Shown in pieces: positions 60,591 through 64,000 of a stretch of DNA of 64,000 nt; position 1 is the stretch's first letter, and the number at the start of each line of letters is the position of its first letter. Origin of the DNA: an uncultured Gammaproteobacteria bacterium (GTDB taxonomy: Bacteria; Pseudomonadota; Gammaproteobacteria; DSM-16500); assembly GCA_963711205.1 (NCBI GenBank), contig CAVQDE010000002.1, positions 349,287 through 413,286 of the forward strand. Reading direction: 5' to 3'. The notes beneath the pieces are model-generated. The model ran no database searches. It was not told the DNA's origin and worked only from the letters and a program-made list of their open reading frames with translations. Position numbers and translations under genes: made by a program.

Positions 60591-62591
60591 GTGATGTTAC
60601 GAAATAACAGTAAAAAAATAGTAGTAATAGGTGCGGGGCCTGTAGGTTTGTCCTTTATCATTTGTTTGTTATCAAAAGCAAATAAGAACAAAGACCTATT
60701 CTACGAAATAAATGTTGTAGAAAAACGCGACTTAAATTTTACCAGGGGACAAAAATTAATTATCTCCGATGACCCAATGCCTGTAAAAGGAATAACATGG
60801 ATTACATTTTGTGCAAATAATTTTTTCCCTAATCAAAAGATTGATTTTGATAAAAATCATAATTTATTAATAGACGGAGAAAAGCTTTTAACATCTCATC
60901 GCTATAAGCTGACTCAAAAGATATATCGTCAATTAAGATTAGATTTTCAGCCTATTAATTTTTCCATCAAACAATTACAAAATGCCTTACTTGAACAAAT
61001 TATTGTAACTCAACTACCCAATGTTAAAATCAATTGGCATTTAAATACACAAATTGAATCTATTGACTTACAATTAAATGAAGTAAAACTAAGTAACCAT
61101 AATAATATTAAGTTTCAATATTTAATAAATTGTGAAGGTGAAAGAGGCGAAACCATTCCAAAAATTAATTTAGCACTTGAAGATATCGGTGAAGCTGATA
61201 AAAAATTTGAATATGGCGCATTGACCGATAAAGAAACGTATCACATGGCCATAAAAGTTCGAGCAAAACCAATAAAATCTAATGATAGTCATGCCTTAAT
61301 GCGAAAAGAATATGCAAGATACAAAAATGATTTAACTATTCAAAAAAATGTAACCGAAATGGTTAATCAATATGTCTACATTGAAGATCAGAAAGTTAAA
61401 ATAAATACTTTATCATTTCTTTATGATCCAAATATATATAAAATAAAATTGCCAATTTCAAATTGGATACCTAAATTTTTTGTTGCTGGTCGAATTCCAA
61501 AAATGATTCATACGCTTAATAACGATGATAAAGAAAAAGTATTATTACATTGGGCGTCTCATCTGATTTCTTATAAATTTGGTCTTACTTCACCCGATAT
61601 TTTTGAAATCGACCCAGGCAAAAAGAATGATCCTTCTCATCATAGAGCACTTACTTTTAAGTATTTTCCTAAATTCGTTAACAATCCTGTGATTGTTTTG
61701 CCTTCTAACATAGTCATTGCACTAGGCGGGGATGTGGCGCTGTCCGCTAATTATTGGGAAGGTATTTCTTCAACGCTAGGATTAAATGAAATGATAATCT
61801 TAGCTGAATGTATTGATAAAGAAATTCATGAAAAATCCTATCAAGAATTTAAAAATATTTATTTCTGTTTTGTTAACTTTATCTCTCAAACAGTAAAAAA
61901 TTTAATACCTCCCAAGGCAACAGCGTTTTTTCAATTTTCTAATGATACGATTAGCATCGAGTTAAGTGATGGGGAAAAAAATAAAATTAAGATAAAAGAT
62001 TGCAAAAAAACAGCTTATTTTTTGAATAGAAAAGAAACCAGTATTACATCGATACTGGATACAAGTGTACTTTATTCATTAAGTGATATAAAAGATGAAA
62101 CTGGTGAAATAGATAATTTTCTTAAAACAATTGAAACGTTCAATACTCCACAAGAATTGCGAATTTATATTAAAAATTGTATTAAAAATCTTAATGAAAA
62201 AAAATCAACTAGATATCTTTTATTTTCATTTCTTGATCCTCAAGAGGCGCAAGTAAACCTTATGAGGCAATTATTGACTAATATGGATCATATTGAATTA
62301 CGAGAAATTAGGGCGCATGCAAATTATCTTGATGGTTTATCAAATAAATCTAATGATGCGAATCAATATGCTAATCGAATTCATGAAGTCCTTGATGAAT
62401 TTCTTAATGAATTAGACATTTCAGTAATAATTAATAAATTACAAAATCTTTTAAATGATCCTATCCTAACAAAACATAATACAAATGACTTTCTTCACAC
62501 AAAGACCAAGCAATTAATTTACCATGCCATACAAAAATTAAATATCTTATATAAGATATCCGATGCAATGCCTAATAACTTGTTACGATGA
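60591..62591 (+). CDS. FAD-dependent monooxygenase-like protein (MICAL-like motifs) with helical C-terminal extension, candidate effector
   Basis: VVIGAGPVG, VVEKR..FTR, SIKQLQ.ALL, CEG and GGD......W.G.....G motifs; very AT-rich. Confidence 0.7.
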   Translation: MMLRNNSKKIVVIGAGPVGLSFIICLLSKANKNKDLFYEINVVEKRDLNFTRGQKLIISDDPMPVKGITWITFCANNFFPNQKIDFDKNHNLLIDGEKLLTSHRYKLTQKIYRQLRLDFQPINFSIKQLQNALLEQIIVTQLPNVKINWHLNTQIESIDLQLNEVKLSNHNNIKFQYLINCEGERGETIPKINLALEDIGEADKKFEYGALTDKETYHMAIKVRAKPIKSNDSHALMRKEYARYKNDLTIQKNVTEMVNQYVYIEDQKVKINTLSFLYDPNIYKIKLPISNWIPKFFVAGRIPKMIHTLNNDDKEKVLLHWASHLISYKFGLTSPDIFEIDPGKKNDPSHHRALTFKYFPKFVNNPVIVLPSNIVIALGGDVALSANYWEGISSTLGLNEMIILAECIDKEIHEKSYQEFKNIYFCFVNFISQTVKNLIPPKATAFFQFSNDTISIELSDGEKNKIKIKDCKKTAYFLNRKETSITSILDTSVLYSLSDIKDETGEIDNFLKTIETFNTPQELRIYIKNCIKNLNEKKSTRYLLFSFLDPQEAQVNLMRQLLTNMDHIELREIRAHANYLDGLSNKSNDANQYANRIHEVLDEFLNELDISVIINKLQNLLNDPILTKHNTNDFLHTKTKQLIYHAIQKLNILYKISDAMPNNLLR

Positions 62592-62619
62592 TTATGGGTT
62601 GATTGTAAAAATTTCTATC

Positions 62620-63852
62620 CTATTTCTTTCCAGTTGATTTCTGAAAATGATTCACCGTCGCGGCGCAAACTAAATCACCCCACACATTCGTCATCGTGCG
62701 AAAGCGATCGAGAATGCGATCAAACGGAAGCAGTAACCCGATAGCGGACGTTGGTACATTCACATTGCGCAATACCATGACCATGGTTACTAAGCCGCCT
62801 TCAGGAATACCTGTTGCTCCCATCCCAGCAAGAATAGCGGTAATAAACACACCTATTTGCGCCAGAATAGAGAGATGTAGTCCCAAGATTTGACAAAAGA
62901 AGAGGGCAGAGACGGCTTCATACATCGCGGTACCAGCCAGATTAATGGTCGTAGCGAGCGGTAAGACAAAGCGTGCTACATCATCATCAATGTTTTGTTC
63001 TTTAGCTACAAGCAATGTGACAGGCAAGGTTGCCATCGAGCTTGAGGTGGCAAATGCTGTTAATAAGGCATGAGAGGCGGAAGAAAGAAATGATTTGGGG
63101 TTTTTTCGGGTAACAAGGGCTAGCATGATCACTTGCCAGAGAAATTGTAGAAAGAGACCAAATAAGAAAAGACAAATGAATAGCAACATGCCGCTGATAC
63201 TGTCTAATAAAATATGTTGCCTTGATGCTTCAGCAACCGCTGTTCCCAACAGTGAAAATAAGCCAATGGGAGTGAGATACATTAACCAGATGATCATCTT
63301 GATTAAGACATCACGCAGTCCAACAAAAAAATCAATAACAGGATTAGCTGTTTTGCCGACGGAAATACATGCGATAGCAAAGACGATACTAAAAAATACG
63401 ATGGGCATGATTTCATATTTTGCTGCGGCTTCAACAATATTGGGTGGGAACAAGGTGAGTAAATAATCAGTAAATGGGACAGGTTTTAAATCGAGGGGTG
63501 TCGCATTGGCTAAAATTAAACTCGGTGCAATGCCAACACCCGGTTTGAATACATTTAATAAGGTGAGGCCGATGATAACAGCGATGGAGACGCTCAACAT
63601 GACATAACATAAGGTATAAATACCTATCTTCCCTAATCGTTCCACCCCACCTAAATGCGTGATAGCGCTGACCAAGGCGCAAAAAATAAGGGGAAGCACA
63701 ATCAATTTTAATAAGTTAATGAACAGTTGTCCTATCCAACTAACGGCAATCATTTGCTTTGAAAAAAAGATTCCACAGAGAATACCGAGAACAATACTTA
63801 AAATAATCAGCAAGAACATATAATTTTTCATGCTATCGTTTGCTCCTTGCAT
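62620..63852 (-). CDS. Dicarboxylate/amino acid:cation symporter (DAACS)
   Basis: AFATSSSMATLP, LPL.TTINL.GT and DRILDRFRT..NV.GD motifs; likely start MKNY at 63831. Confidence 0.93.
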   Translation of the reverse strand: MQGANDSMKNYMFLLIILSIVLGILCGIFFSKQMIAVSWIGQLFINLLKLIVLPLIFCALVSAITHLGGVERLGKIGIYTLCYVMLSVSIAVIIGLTLLNVFKPGVGIAPSLILANATPLDLKPVPFTDYLLTLFPPNIVEAAAKYEIMPIVFFSIVFAIACISVGKTANPVIDFFVGLRDVLIKMIIWLMYLTPIGLFSLLGTAVAEASRQHILLDSISGMLLFICLFLFGLFLQFLWQVIMLALVTRKNPKSFLSSASHALLTAFATSSSMATLPVTLLVAKEQNIDDDVARFVLPLATTINLAGTAMYEAVSALFFCQILGLHLSILAQIGVFITAILAGMGATGIPEGGLVTMVMVLRNVNVPTSAIGLLLPFDRILDRFRTMTNVWGDLVCAATVNHFQKSTGKK

Positions 63853-63915
63853 TTCTTTTCTCTGACAATATCTACCTTATGATACTCAGGTCATTTTAGC
63901 ATCGGAAATGTACTT

Positions 63916-64000
63916 CTAGAAATCATTATCGTCCAAGTCTTCAAACGTGATGCCTGTAACCGCAGCGCTAGATAATTTCTCCTGCAGCGTCATATCCTTT
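63916..64000 (-). CDS. 3' end of a CDS entering from the right edge
   Basis: Longest open minus frame reads KDMTLQEKLSSAAVTGITFEDLDDNDF*. Confidence 0.4.
   Translation of the reverse strand, partial: KDMTLQEKLSSAAVTGITFEDLDDNDF

Overview
AT-rich gammaproteobacterial chromosomal segment. Gene content (Fic, DOT1-like, serpin, patatin, GDSL lipase, Mip-type FKBP, a long coiled-coil ORF) and PmrA-type promoter boxes suggest an amoeba-associated Legionellales/Coxiellaceae organism; this is an inference. I found no rRNA, tRNA, CRISPR array, transposase or phage genes. The window holds mostly accessory and host-interaction genes, a cyoABCD operon broken by many indels, a sulfatase-FGE-sulfatase cluster with one GC-rich member, a lexA-dinB-SRAP-like cassette, and a family of nested CGTC-type palindromic repeats. 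The most interesting leads are: (1) a MICAL-like flavoprotein monooxygenase behind a PmrA-type box; (2) a MerR regulator co-transcribed with a free copy of its own sensor domain from a 19-bp-spacer promoter; (3) a LexA cassette with alphaproteobacterial-type direct-repeat SOS boxes and an SRAP-like protein lacking the catalytic Cys; (4) small Cys-rich secreted proteins sharing a 31-aa leader; (5) a YggT-like/class III cyclase fusion. All protein calls come from motif recognition by eye; no database searches were run.
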